Shown: positions 51,138 to 61,714 of the stretch, in pieces
Numbering within the stretch: the first letter of the stretch is position 1
Layout of the letters: every line of letters begins with the position of its first letter
Assembly (NCBI GenBank): GCA_006218055.1
Contig: VBWD01000001.1
Span: forward strand, 9,690 to 73,689
Direction: 5' to 3'
DNA from: Gallionellaceae bacterium
GTDB lineage: Bacteria > Pseudomonadota > Gammaproteobacteria > Burkholderiales > Gallionellaceae
Length of the DNA stretch: 64,000 nucleotides
Notes under the pieces: generated by a model
What the model was told of the DNA's origin: nothing
The model's input: only the letters and a program-made list of their open reading frames with translations
Databases searched by the model: none
Made by a program: the position numbers and the translations under genes

Positions 51138-52271
51138 ATGAAAGTCGAAACCCTACGCTGGTTCAACAACAGGCTGGAGATGGTGGACCAGCGCATCCTG
51201 CCTGCCGCCTTTGAATATCTAAGTTACTACACCGCAACTTCAGTGGCGGAAGGCATCCGTAGCATGGTGGTGCGTGGTGCGCCAGCGATTGGTGTGGCGG
51301 CGGCTTATGGAGTGGCGCTGGAGGCGTTGCGCTTGTCTCAGTTCCTTCCCCCGGGCAGGGGGAAGGTTAGGGTGGGGGTGGACTCCGTGAACGATTCTAC
51401 CCCCTCCCTAACCCTCCCCCTGCAAGGGTGGGGGGACGTGGATTTCAAAACAGGTATGGAGGAGGGGTTCAAGATTCTGGCCGCTAGTCGCCCGACGGCG
51501 GTGAATCTGTTCTGGGCATTACAGCGCATGCGCAAGGTTTGGGAGGGCGTCGCGGTGCAAATGCCACAGCAGGTCGCGCAGCGCTTGTTGGCAGAAGCGC
51601 ATGAGATTCTGGCAGAGGACATCCGCATCAATAAGGCGATGGGCGCACACGGTGCAGCTTTGTTGAAAGACGGGGCGCGGGTGTTGACGCATTGCAATGC
51701 GGGCGCGTTGGCGACGGCGGGCTGGGGAACGGCGTTGGGGGTGTTCCGCTCGGCGGTGGAGGCAGGCAAGAAGATTTCGGTGATCGCCGACGAGACACGT
51801 CCTTTCTTGCAAGGCGCACGATTGACTGCTTGGGAGATGGTGCAGGAGAACATTCCCGTGACGCTCATCACCGACAACATGGCGGGCTACATGATGGCGC
51901 AGGGCGAGGTGGATGCCGTGGTGGTGGGTACGGATCGGGTGGCGGCCAACGGCGATGTGGCGAACAAGATCGGCACCTACATGGTGGCGGTGCTGGCGAA
52001 GCGCCACAACATCCCTTTCTATGTGGCGTGCCCACTGTCGACCATTGACCTGAGCATAGCTACAGGCAAAGACATCCCCATCGAGGAACGTTCGGTGGAT
52101 GAGGTGAAGGGCTTCCGCGATTATCACTGGGCGGCGGAAGGGGTGAAGATTCGTAATCCAGCCTTTGATGTGACGCCTGCCGAACTGGTGACGGGCTTGA
52201 TCACTGAGCGGGGGGTGGTGTTGTCGCCGGATGTGCAAGGCATTCGGAAGTTGATGATGGGTGTGGCCTGA
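51138..52271 (+). CDS. mtnA: Methylthioribose-1-phosphate isomerase (with ~32-aa repeat-derived insert)
   Basis: MVVRGAPAIG, RPTAVNL, THCNAGALAT, ETRPFLQGARLT, NKIGTY, NPAFDVTP. Confidence 0.96.
   Translation: MKVETLRWFNNRLEMVDQRILPAAFEYLSYYTATSVAEGIRSMVVRGAPAIGVAAAYGVALEALRLSQFLPPGRGKVRVGVDSVNDSTPSLTLPLQGWGDVDFKTGMEEGFKILAASRPTAVNLFWALQRMRKVWEGVAVQMPQQVAQRLLAEAHEILAEDIRINKAMGAHGAALLKDGARVLTHCNAGALATAGWGTALGVFRSAVEAGKKISVIADETRPFLQGARLTAWEMVQENIPVTLITDNMAGYMMAQGEVDAVVVGTDRVAANGDVANKIGTYMVAVLAKRHNIPFYVACPLSTIDLSIATGKDIPIEERSVDEVKGFRDYHWAAEGVKIRNPAFDVTPAELVTGLITERGVVLSPDVQGIRKLMMGVA
51342..51437. repeat. boxC-like repeat doublet inserted in frame in mtnA
   Basis: TTCCTTCCCCCGGGCAGGGGGAAGGTTAGGGTGGGGGT...ACCCCCTCCCTAACCCTCCCCCTGCAAGGGTGGGGGGAC encodes FLPPGRGKVRVGVDSVNDSTPSLTLPLQGWGD. 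Confidence 0.88.
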
Positions 52272-52298
52272 TAGTGTTGTTGTGATTTGAAGAGTGTT

Positions 52299-52405
52299 CC
52301 CCCACCCTCAATCCCTCCCCCGATAAGAGAGGGAAGCTAGCACCTCACCCATAGGGCGAGGGGGCTTGGCTCCTTCCCCGCTGGGGCAAGGCTGGGGATG
52401 AGGGG
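52299..52405. repeat. Degenerate boxC-like repeat cluster (mtnA-rimP intergenic)
   Basis: CCCCCACCCTCAATCCCTCCCC...GAGGGAAG and GCTCCTTCCCCGCTGGGGCAAGGCTGGGGATGAGGGG. Confidence 0.75.
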
Positions 52406-52450
52406 CTTCTGGGTTTCCCCTTAAATACCTGTTTCCATTAGTGCATTCCT

Positions 52451-52903
52451 TTGGTACAATCCGCGCCGTTTTCAGATGGGCTTCGAGCGAAGCTAGTTGA
52501 TACGACGCTGACTGGTATGGGATACGAGTTGGTTGATCTGGAAGTCTCTGGACGCGGGCTGATGCGCGTGTTCATGGATAAACCAGAAGGTATCTCGGTC
52601 GAGGATTGTGAGCGCGTGAGCAATCAGTTGGTGCGGCTGTTCACGGTGGAAGGGGTTGCCTATGAGCGCCTCGAGATCTCTTCACCCGGCTTGGATCGGG
52701 TATTGAAAAAAGAATCTGATTTCGTGCGTTTCGCTGGGCAGAAGGCAAAGTTCAAGTTGCGTACGCCTGTGAATGGAAGCAAGAACTTTGTCGGTGTCAT
52801 CGGCAAGTTGAAAGATGGAATTTTGCAGTTGGATTTGGAGGGCAGTTCGGTGGCATTCGAACTGTCGAATATAGATAAGGCACGCATCGTGCCTGTGTTT
52901 TGA
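52451..52903 (+). CDS. rimP: Ribosome maturation factor RimP (start region apparently damaged)
   Basis: [32 protein letters not shown]; upstream of nusA; first in-frame ATG is 52517. Confidence 0.9.
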   Translation: MVQSAPFSDGLRAKLVDTTLTGMGYELVDLEVSGRGLMRVFMDKPEGISVEDCERVSNQLVRLFTVEGVAYERLEISSPGLDRVLKKESDFVRFAGQKAKFKLRTPVNGSKNFVGVIGKLKDGILQLDLEGSSVAFELSNIDKARIVPVF

Positions 52904-52919
52904 AGTCTCGGAGATAGCG

Positions 52920-54395
52920 ATGAGTCGTGAAGTTCTGTTGTTGGTAGATGCCTTGGCGCGTGAGAAGAACGTGGACAAGGAGATCGTATTTGGTGCGTTG
53001 GAATCCGCTTTGGCCTCCGCCACTAAAAAGCGCTTCTCTGATGAAGAGGCTGATGTGCGCGTAAGCATCAATCGCCAAACAGGTGAATACGAATCTTTCC
53101 GTTGCTGGCAAGTGATGGATGACGAGACTTTCGAAACGCCTGAACTGCACATCAAATTGGAAGAAGCGCAAAAGCGCGACCCCGATATCCAGTTGGATGA
53201 GTTCATCGAAGAGCCTTTGGAGAGCATCGACTTCGGTCGTATCGGTGCACAAGCTGCCAAGCAAGTCATCTTCCAAAAGATCCGTGATGCAGAGCGCGAA
53301 CAGATCCTCGCTGACTTCATGGAGCGCAATGAACACCTTGTATCCGGCACCATCAAGCGTATCGAGCGCGGCAACGCGATCGTCGAATTCGGCAAGATCG
53401 AAGCGCTGCTGCCGCGCGACCAGATGATCCCAAAAGAGAATCTGCGTGTGGGCGACCGTGTACGCGCCTATCTGTTGCGTGTCGATCGCACCGTGCGCGG
53501 CCCACAGATCATCCTGTCGCGCATCACCTCTGAATTCTTGAAGAAGTTGTTCGAGCTGGAAGTGCCGGAGATCGAAGAGGGGGTCTTGGAGATCGTCAGC
53601 GCATCTCGCGATGCAGGTTCTCGCGCAAAGATCGCCGTGCGCTCACACGATCAACGCCTTGACCCTATCGGTACTTGCGTCGGCATGCGCGGTTCGCGCG
53701 TACAGGCTGTCACCAATGAGTTGGCAGGCGAGCGTGTGGACATCATCTTGTGGGCAGATGATCCTGCCACATTCGTTATCAACGCCTTGGCGCCGGCTGA
53801 AGTCAGCAGCATCGTGGTGGACGAAGACAAGCACAGCATGGATGTCGTCATCGAAGAAGAGAACTTGGCACAAGCCATCGGTCGCGGTGGTCAGAACGTG
53901 CGTCTGGCTACCGAGCTGACAGGTTGGGAGATCAATCTGATGACGGTCGAGCAATCTGCCGAAAAGAACGAACAAGAGTTCTCAGTTATCCGCAATATGT
54001 TCGTGGCTAAGTTGGACGTGGATGAAGAAGTGGCCGACATCTTGGTGCAGGAAGGTTTTAACACCTTGGAAGAAGTCGCTTACGTTGAGTTGGAAGAGAT
54101 GTTGGCGATCGAGGCATTGGATGAGGCGACGGTGAACGAGTTGCGTAGCCGTGCGCGTAACGCACTGCTGACCGCCGCTATCGTGAACGAAGAGCAAGTC
54201 GAACACGGTATCGAAGATCTGTTGAAGATCGACGGTATGGATGAAGCGACTGCGCGCACATTGGCCAGTAAAGGGGTGGGCACACAAGACCAATTGGCCG
54301 ATCTGGATGGCGACGAGTTGGTAGAGCTGACTGGCATGGATAGTGAACGTGCGAATCAGTTGATCATGACGGCGCGTGCGCCTTGGTTCGTGTAG
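52920..54395 (+). CDS. nusA: Transcription termination factor NusA
   Basis: [45 protein letters not shown]. Confidence 0.98.
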   Translation: MSREVLLLVDALAREKNVDKEIVFGALESALASATKKRFSDEEADVRVSINRQTGEYESFRCWQVMDDETFETPELHIKLEEAQKRDPDIQLDEFIEEPLESIDFGRIGAQAAKQVIFQKIRDAEREQILADFMERNEHLVSGTIKRIERGNAIVEFGKIEALLPRDQMIPKENLRVGDRVRAYLLRVDRTVRGPQIILSRITSEFLKKLFELEVPEIEEGVLEIVSASRDAGSRAKIAVRSHDQRLDPIGTCVGMRGSRVQAVTNELAGERVDIILWADDPATFVINALAPAEVSSIVVDEDKHSMDVVIEEENLAQAIGRGGQNVRLATELTGWEINLMTVEQSAEKNEQEFSVIRNMFVAKLDVDEEVADILVQEGFNTLEEVAYVELEEMLAIEALDEATVNELRSRARNALLTAAIVNEEQVEHGIEDLLKIDGMDEATARTLASKGVGTQDQLADLDGDELVELTGMDSERANQLIMTARAPWFV

Positions 54396-54414
54396 TAGAG
54401 ATTCGCGTAGCGCT

Positions 54415-54458
54415 CGTTTGCCTCCTCGTCCGCTTGCGGGAGAGGATTGAGGTGAGTG
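54415..54458. repeat. boxC-like palindromic repeat (nusA-infB intergenic)
   Basis: CGTTTGCCTCCTCGTCCGCTTGCGGGAGAGGATTGAGGTGAGTG, close match to 23190-23233. Confidence 0.8.
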
Positions 54459-54540
54459 CGGGCATGGCAAGTTTTGTAATTGGGAATAGCGACTTGCTAT
54501 GCCCGTAAGTAATATAAGTCCGCAGGACTGAAGGAATGCA

Positions 54541-57153
54541 ATGGGAAAAATGAATGTCGCTCAATTCGCTGGGGAGCTTGGTCTTCCAGTCGAACTGCTA
54601 TTAGAGCAGTTGAAATCGGCTGGCGTGGACAAAGAAGCCGACTCCGACGCGATCTCTGAGCAAGATAAAGCCAAGCTGCTCGAACATCTGCGCAGTGCGC
54701 ATGGTGGAGCAAGCAAGAACAAGATTACAGTGACGCGCCGCGAAACGACTGCTATCAAGAAGACCGACAGCACGGGTAAAGCACGCTCCATTCAAGTCGA
54801 AGTGCGTAAGAAGCGCACCATCGCCGCTCCCACTGCACAAACAGAAGAGTTGCCGGCCCCGGTTGTTGAGGCGGTAGCTGAAGTTACTGCAGCACCCGCA
54901 CCGACGACCGCACCAGTAAGATCCAAGGGCGTTTTGGACGAGCAGCAAATGAAGGCGCGCGAAGAAGAAGCTCGCCTCCAAGCTGAATTGTCATCACGCC
55001 AAGCGGCTGAGATCGAAGCTAAACAAGCACGCTCGAAGCGTAAGGTAGCGGCAGCTGAGCCCAAGCCGGAGCCAACACCTGAGCCTGTCGTTGAGGCGAA
55101 GGCGGAAGTGGTCGCACCGGTCGCTCCCGCAGAAAAACAAGAAGGCACTTTGCACAAACCTATGCTCAAGCCGGGCGACAAGGTGGCAAAGCCAGCTAAG
55201 AAAGTTGATAAAGTCCCAGCGAAAGATAGTCCTTGGGATGAGGCAGGGCATAAGAAGCGTCCGCCTTCACGCAATACTGATCCTCGTGCCAACGTGGGTG
55301 TTCGTGCCGGTAGTTCGATGCGCGCGGGTCGTCATGACAAGCACAGCAAGCAACACGATACGGCACAGCACGCGTTCACATTGCCAACTGAAGCGATCGT
55401 GCAAGAAGTGATGATCCCCGAGACTCTCACCGTCGCTGAATTGGCGCAGAAGATGTCCATCAAAGCTGCCGAGATTATCAAGGCGCTGATGAAGATGGGT
55501 TCGATGGTCACCATCAATCAGGTGCTCGATCAAGAAACGGCGATGATCATCGTCGAAGAGTTGGGGCACAAAGCGGTTCCCGCCAAGCCGGATGATCCTG
55601 ACGCATTCCTGATGGACGCAGTCGAGCATGAAGATGCAGTGCTGGAAGCACGTGCGCCAGTGGTCACCGTGATGGGTCACGTCGACCACGGTAAGACCTC
55701 TTTGCTGGATTACATCCGCCGCACTCGTGTCGCTTCAGGCGAAGCGGGTGGTATCACACAGCACATCGGTGCATACCATGTGGACACGCCGCGCGGCATG
55801 ATCACTTTCCTAGACACCCCAGGTCACGAAGCGTTTACCGCGATGCGTGCGCGTGGCGCAAAAGCGACCGACATCGTGATCTTGGTGGTTGCTGCGGATG
55901 ACGGCGTGATGCCGCAAACGAAAGAAGCGATCCATCATGCGAAAGCGGCAGCAGTGCCTATCGTGGTGGCAATCACCAAGATCGACAAGCCTGATGCGAA
56001 CTCAGAGCGCGTGCGCCAAGAATTGGTTGCCGAGGGCGTTGTTCCGGAAGATTGGGGCGGTGATGCGATGTTCGTCGAGGTTTCAGCCAAGACAGGTCAG
56101 GGCATCGACACTCTGCTCGAAGGCATCTTGCTGCAAGCTGAAGTGTTGGAGCTGACAGCAGCTAAAAATACGAGCGCCAAGGGCGTTGTGGTTGAAGCGC
56201 GTCTGGACAAGGGGAAGGGCGCAGTCGCGACATTGCTGGTGCAATCGGGTACGTTGAAGCGTGGCGATGCCATCTTGGTGGGTTCTGTCTCTGGTCGCGT
56301 TCGTGCGATGCTGGATGAGAACGGTAAGGCCATCAGCGAAGCGGGTCCGTCTATTCCTGTCGAGATCCAAGGTCTGTCCGAAGTGCCGGTCGCGGGTGCA
56401 GATTTCCTCGTGTTGGCTGATGAGAAGAAAGCGCGCGAGATTGCCTTGTTCCGTCAGGGTAAGTTCCGTGACGTGAAGTTGGCGAAACAACAAGCCGCGA
56501 AGTTGGAGAATATGTTCGAACAGATGGGCGAAGGCGAAGTGCGTTCACTGTCCGTCATCGTGAAGGCCGATGTGCAAGGTTCGCTCGAAGCCATCGCGGG
56601 TTCATTGCAGAAGTTGTCTACCTCAGAGGTCAAGGTCACCTTGATCCACAGTGGTGTGGGCGCGATCTCCGAGTCCGACGTCAACTTGGCGCTGGCTTCC
56701 AAGGCGATCATTATCGGCTTCAATTCACGTGCAGACGCAACGGCACGTAAATTGGCGGAGTCGTCCGGCGTGGACATCCGCTACTACAACATCATCTACG
56801 CGATGGTCGACGAGATCAAAGCGGCGCTGTCCGGCATGCTGGCTCCCGAGAAGAAGGAAAGCATCATCGGTATGGTCGAGATCCGCCAAGTGTTCACCAT
56901 CTCCAAGGTCGGCACCATTGCGGGTTGTTACGTCACCGAGGGTGTGGTCAAACGCGGTTCCAGTGTGCGTGTGCTACGCAACAACGTGGTCATCCATACC
57001 GGCGAACTCGATTCCTTGAAACGCTTCAAGGATGATGCAAAGGAAGTCAAATCCAACTTCGAATGCGGTCTGTCCTTGCGCGGCTTCAATGATTTGGAAG
57101 TTGGCGATTTCCTGGAAGTGTTCGAGATCGTTGAGATCGCACGCGCACTCTGA
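54541..57153 (+). CDS. infB: Translation initiation factor IF-2
   Basis: [41 protein letters not shown]. Confidence 0.99.
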   Translation: MGKMNVAQFAGELGLPVELLLEQLKSAGVDKEADSDAISEQDKAKLLEHLRSAHGGASKNKITVTRRETTAIKKTDSTGKARSIQVEVRKKRTIAAPTAQTEELPAPVVEAVAEVTAAPAPTTAPVRSKGVLDEQQMKAREEEARLQAELSSRQAAEIEAKQARSKRKVAAAEPKPEPTPEPVVEAKAEVVAPVAPAEKQEGTLHKPMLKPGDKVAKPAKKVDKVPAKDSPWDEAGHKKRPPSRNTDPRANVGVRAGSSMRAGRHDKHSKQHDTAQHAFTLPTEAIVQEVMIPETLTVAELAQKMSIKAAEIIKALMKMGSMVTINQVLDQETAMIIVEELGHKAVPAKPDDPDAFLMDAVEHEDAVLEARAPVVTVMGHVDHGKTSLLDYIRRTRVASGEAGGITQHIGAYHVDTPRGMITFLDTPGHEAFTAMRARGAKATDIVILVVAADDGVMPQTKEAIHHAKAAAVPIVVAITKIDKPDANSERVRQELVAEGVVPEDWGGDAMFVEVSAKTGQGIDTLLEGILLQAEVLELTAAKNTSAKGVVVEARLDKGKGAVATLLVQSGTLKRGDAILVGSVSGRVRAMLDENGKAISEAGPSIPVEIQGLSEVPVAGADFLVLADEKKAREIALFRQGKFRDVKLAKQQAAKLENMFEQMGEGEVRSLSVIVKADVQGSLEAIAGSLQKLSTSEVKVTLIHSGVGAISESDVNLALASKAIIIGFNSRADATARKLAESSGVDIRYYNIIYAMVDEIKAALSGMLAPEKKESIIGMVEIRQVFTISKVGTIAGCYVTEGVVKRGSSVRVLRNNVVIHTGELDSLKRFKDDAKEVKSNFECGLSLRGFNDLEVGDFLEVFEIVEIARAL

Positions 57154-57509
57154 TGGCAAAAGACTACGCACGCACAGATCGCATCGCCGAACAGATCCAG
57201 CGTGAGCTGGCACAACTGATCCGGCTGGAAGTCAAAGATCCGCGTGTGCGTAAAGTAACTTTGACTGGGGTGGAAGTGACTAACGACCACGCCCATGCCA
57301 AAGTTTTCTACACCTCTTTGGATGGCAATAGTCCAGAGCTACTCCAAGGTTTGGAGCGTGCTGCTGGCTACTTGCGTAGCCAATTGGCCAAGGCCATGAA
57401 GTTGCGCATCACGCCTCAATTACATTTTCTCTATGACGCTTCGATCGAACGCGGCGCTCATCTTTCTCAGTTGATCGACAAAGCCGTTGCCAGCGACACC
57501 AACCACTAA
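57153..57509 (+). CDS. rbfA: Ribosome-binding factor A
   Basis: [31 protein letters not shown]. Confidence 0.97.
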   Translation: MAKDYARTDRIAEQIQRELAQLIRLEVKDPRVRKVTLTGVEVTNDHAHAKVFYTSLDGNSPELLQGLERAAGYLRSQLAKAMKLRITPQLHFLYDASIERGAHLSQLIDKAVASDTNH

Positions 57510-58434
57510 TCGTACGACCCGAATCAAAAGGCAATTGGACGGCGTGCTGCTGTTCGATAAGCCGTTGGAGTTGAGTTCCAACGTGGCTATGCAAAAGGTA
57601 CGCTGGCTTTTTGGCGCCGAAAAAGCGGGGCACACCGGCACGCTGGATCCCCTCGCTACTGGCTTGTTGCCCATTTGCTTCGGCGAAGCCACCAAATACA
57701 CCGTCGCCCTGTTGGATGCCGACAAGGGCTATCGTGCAACGATACGTTTGGGGCAAAAAACAACGACTGGCGATGCCGAAGGCGAGGTGATTGAGACGCG
57801 CCCAGTTGCGGTGAATGAAGCTCAAGTGTTGGCTGTGTTGGCGAGCTTTTTGGGCGAGAGTCAGCAACTTCCGCCTATGCACAGCGCCATCAAACACCTA
57901 GGCAAGCCGCTGTACGAATACATCCGTAAGGGCGAGACCGTTGAGCGAGAGCTGCGCCAGATAGTCATTCACGAATTGAAGTTGGAGCGCTTACAAGGCG
58001 AGGAATTGGAATTCAGCGTCCTATGTAGCAAGGGCACTTATGTGCGCACCTTGGCCGAGGATATCGGTGAAGCTTTGGGCTGTGGCGGTCATCTTGTCGC
58101 GTTGCGTCGCACAGTCATTGGCGAATTTGATCTGAGCGAGGCCTATACCTTGGCACAATTGGAAGTCATGGGGGCGGCAGAACGTGATGGCTGCCTGATG
58201 CCGCTGGACCGACTGGTGCAAAATCTGCCGACTTTAGAGCTGGATAGTGTCCAAGCCATCCGTTTAGCCCGTGGACAACGGCTTGGTTTGACTGATAGCC
58301 ACCCCGATGGCAAGCGCAGATTGTACGCAGAAGGGCGATTTATCGGCTTGGGCGAGCTGGTCGGTGGCAGATTGTCGCCGAGTCGCCTGTTGTCCAGTAT
58401 CGCCAAGGCCGCCGCCATCCCTAATTCAGCTTGA
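57487..58434 (+). CDS. truB: tRNA pseudouridine(55) synthase
   Basis: [33 protein letters not shown]; start codon uncertain. Confidence 0.95.
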   Translation: MPATPTTNRTTRIKRQLDGVLLFDKPLELSSNVAMQKVRWLFGAEKAGHTGTLDPLATGLLPICFGEATKYTVALLDADKGYRATIRLGQKTTTGDAEGEVIETRPVAVNEAQVLAVLASFLGESQQLPPMHSAIKHLGKPLYEYIRKGETVERELRQIVIHELKLERLQGEELEFSVLCSKGTYVRTLAEDIGEALGCGGHLVALRRTVIGEFDLSEAYTLAQLEVMGAAERDGCLMPLDRLVQNLPTLELDSVQAIRLARGQRLGLTDSHPDGKRRLYAEGRFIGLGELVGGRLSPSRLLSSIAKAAAIPNSA

Positions 58435-58491
58435 GTGGATACCCCGTTCAGGGTTAGAATGCCGCACTTTTTATTTGGAGAGAGTAAGTAA

Positions 58492-58761
58492 ATGTCTATT
58501 ACCGCAGCACAAAAATCGCAGATCGTGACTGATTATCAACGTGCCAAGGGCGACACTGGCTCCCCCGAAGTACAAGTTGCTTTGATGACCGCTCGTATCA
58601 ACTACCTGACCGATCATTTCAAAGAGCACAACAAAGACCACCACTCACGCCGTGGCCTGCTCCGTTTGGTCAGCCGCCGCCGCAAGCTGCTGGACTACCT
58701 GAAGAGCAAGAATGAGGGTAGTTACAAAGAGCTGATCCAACGTTTGGAACTGCGCAAGTAA
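58492..58761 (+). CDS. rpsO: 30S ribosomal protein S15
   Basis: [30 protein letters not shown]. Confidence 0.99.
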   Translation: MSITAAQKSQIVTDYQRAKGDTGSPEVQVALMTARINYLTDHFKEHNKDHHSRRGLLRLVSRRRKLLDYLKSKNEGSYKELIQRLELRK

Positions 58762-58773
58762 TTAAGTTTTACG

Positions 58774-58804
58774 AGCGGGTCGCGATAGCGGCCCGCTTTG
58801 TTTT
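58774..58804 (+). terminator. rpsO intrinsic terminator
   Basis: AGCGGGTCGC-GATA-GCGGCCCGCT followed by TTGTTTT. Confidence 0.75.
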
Positions 58805-58862
58805 GGGTGTCGTATTGGTGTCCTGACCACTCGGTCAGGCATTCACATTGGAGAGCGCTATC

Positions 58863-60946
58863 TTGAGTCAATATAAAAAAACACTGAGTTACGGTAATCA
58901 ACAGCTGACATTGGAAACAGGCGAGATCGCTCGTCAGTCCAGTGGCGCAGTGATGGTTAGTTTGGGCGACACCGTGGTGCTGGTCACCGTGGTGGGACGT
59001 AAAGATGCCAAGCCTGATCAAGATTTCTTCCCGCTCACTGTTGACTATCAAGAACGTACTTATGCCGGTGGCAAGATCCCCGGCGGTTTCTTCAAACGTG
59101 AAGGCCGCCCAAGCGAAAAAGAGATTTTGACTTCCCGCTTGATCGACCGTCCATTGCGTCCTCTGTTCCCGGAAAGCTTCTACAACGAAGTGCAGATCGT
59201 GGCGACAGTTGTATCTTCCGATCCGCAGATTGACTCTGACATCCCTGCGATGATCGGTGCATCCGCTGCGCTGGCGATCTCCGGCATCCCATTCGACGGT
59301 CCTATTGGCGCGGCGCGCGTGGGTTATGCCAACGGTCAATACCTGTTGAACCCAACCAAAGACGAGTTGGTCACTTCGCAGATGGACTTGGTGGTTGCAG
59401 GAACCGTCAAGGCAGTGCAAATGGTTGAATCCGAAGCGCAAGAGCTGTCGGAAGAGATCATGTTGGGCGCGGTCGTGTTCGGTCACGAGCAGATGCAAGT
59501 CGTGATCAATGCGATCAACGAAATGGCTGATGCAGTAGGCGCAGACGAGTGGGATTGGACACCAGCAGCCAAGAACGAAGCACTCATCGCCAAGATCGGT
59601 GCGCTGGCAGAGAATGAACTGAAAGCGGCCTACGCAGTGCGTGAGAAGCAGGCTCGTACACATCAAGTGGATGCAATCCGTGCCAAGGTCTCTGCTGCAC
59701 TGGCGACACCTGAATTCGAGAACGTCTCCAACAATGAAGTGAACGAGTTGTTCAGCGCGCTGGAAGCCAAGATCGTGCGCGGTCAGATCCTGAGCGGCGA
59801 GCCACGTATCGACGGTCGTGACACACGCACCGTGCGTCCGATCACCATCCGTACCGGCGTGTTACCGCGTGCCCATGGTTCCGTATTGTTCACACGCGGC
59901 GAGACCCAAGCATTGGTCGTTGCTACGCTGGGTTCGATGCGCGATTCACAAAAGATTGACGCATTGCAAGGCGAGTTCACAGACCGCTTCATGTTGCACT
60001 ACAACTTCCCTCCGTACGCGACTGGCGAAACTGGCCGCGTCGGTACGCCTAAGCGTCGCGAGATCGGCCACGGTCGTTTGGCTAAACGTGCATTGGTTGC
60101 GGTATTGCCGAGCGAAGATGAATGCGGTTACGCGATGCGCGTGGTCTCCGAGATCACTGAATCCAACGGTTCCAGCTCCATGGCATCGGTTTGCGGCGGT
60201 TGCTTGTCGTTGATGGATGCAGGCGTGGCGATGAAGAATCACGTGGCAGGTATCGCCATGGGCTTGATCAAAGACGGCGGTCGTTTCGCTGTGCTGACCG
60301 ACATCCTGGGTGATGAAGATCACTTGGGCGATATGGACTTCAAGGTGGCCGGTTCTGACAAGGGCATCACCGCTTTGCAGATGGACATCAAGATCAACGG
60401 CATCACCAAAGAGATAAAGAAGGCCGCATGCACATCCTCGGTATCATGAAGCAAGCGATGCCGTCTGTGCGTCCTGAAGTGTCTGACTTCGCACCGCGCA
60501 TGATCAAGATGAAGATCAATCCGGACAAGATCCGTGACGTGATCGGCAAGGGCGGCGCGGTGATCCGTGCACTGACCGAAGAAACTGGCACCACGATCGA
60601 TATCGACGATGAAGGCAATGTCACCATCTCCTGCGTGAGCGGCGAGGCGGGCGAGGCAGCTAAGAAACGTATCGAAGACATCGTGGCTGAAGTCGAAGTC
60701 GGCAAGATCTACGAAGGCCCGGTGGTCAAACTGTTGGACTTCGGTGCGCTGATCAACATCCTGCCAGGCAAGGACGGTTTGTTGCACATCTCTCAGATCT
60801 CGCACGAGCGCATCGCGAACGTGGCTGACCATCTGAAAGAAGGCCAAGTGGTTAAGGTCAAAGTGCTGGAAGTGGACGACAAAGGCCGCATGAAGTTGAG
60901 CATGAAGGCATTGTTGGCACAAGCAGCCGCACCTGCTGCGGAATAA
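58863..60946 (+). pseudogene. pnp: Polynucleotide phosphorylase, frameshifted near 60415 (pseudogene or assembly error)
   Basis: RNase PH domains to GDMDFKVAG...ITKEI in the ORF ending 60449; KH and S1 domains in another frame (60428-60946). Confidence 0.9.
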
Positions 60947-60966
60947 GGCAACCCATCGCCGCGACG

Positions 60967-60990
60967 AGCCCCGCCTAGCGCGGGGCTTTT
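60967..60990 (+). terminator. pnp intrinsic terminator
   Basis: AGCCCCGC-CTAGC-GCGGGGCT-TTT. Confidence 0.8.
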
Positions 60991-61072
60991 CATTGCTGGA
61001 TTCGTTTGTGATTGATTGCGACATCGCGTTCAGACTGCGAGAATCTCTCATATCAAATTGCATGTGTGAATC

Positions 61073-61711
61073 ATGAAGAAAAGTATGAAACCGCTCGCTA
61101 GAGATCTTGTAGACACCTTGCCATCCGGCTTGGCGGGGTTATTTAATCCTTGGAAAGATAGTTGTCCGCATGATGCGGCTGGTAATGGCCCAACTGAAAA
61201 ATTGGAGCGTCTCATGCTTCATCTGGCGTGCGATCCTGAATTCATCTTGGTCGGCGAAGCGCCTGGCTATCAGGGCTGCCGTTATAGCGGTGTGGCTTTC
61301 ACCAGCGAACGTCTGCTGGGTGAAGGGGCCATCCCGCGCATTCTAGCTTTGCAGGGGCGTCTGTCGGATCGACGTTTACCTTTCTCCGAGCCGTCCGCCA
61401 CCATCGTGTGGAAGACGCTGTATCGTCTTGGTATCGCTGAGTGCACTATCCTGTGGAATGCGCTGCAACTGCATCCGTATCGTTCCGACAACCTGTGGTC
61501 TAACCGGACGCCCACGCCAGAGGAGATCAAGCTGGGTGAGCCTGCCATGCGCTTGTTGATCGAGGCGTTTCCTAAGGCAAAGGTCGTTGCAGTCGGAAAG
61601 AAGGCGGAGGGCTTGCTGGAGGAGATGGGAATAGCAGTGACCGGTGCCGTGCGCCATCCAGCGAATGGTGGTGCGACCGAATTCGCTAACGGTCTGCAAG
61701 CCTTGATGTGA
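61073..61711 (+). CDS. Uracil-DNA glycosylase superfamily protein
   Basis: FNPW, LVGEAPGYQG, SGVAFTSE, WNA..LHP, NRTP, VRHPANGG. Confidence 0.82.
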   Translation: MKKSMKPLARDLVDTLPSGLAGLFNPWKDSCPHDAAGNGPTEKLERLMLHLACDPEFILVGEAPGYQGCRYSGVAFTSERLLGEGAIPRILALQGRLSDRRLPFSEPSATIVWKTLYRLGIAECTILWNALQLHPYRSDNLWSNRTPTPEEIKLGEPAMRLLIEAFPKAKVVAVGKKAEGLLEEMGIAVTGAVRHPANGGATEFANGLQALM

Positions 61712-61714
61712 GCC

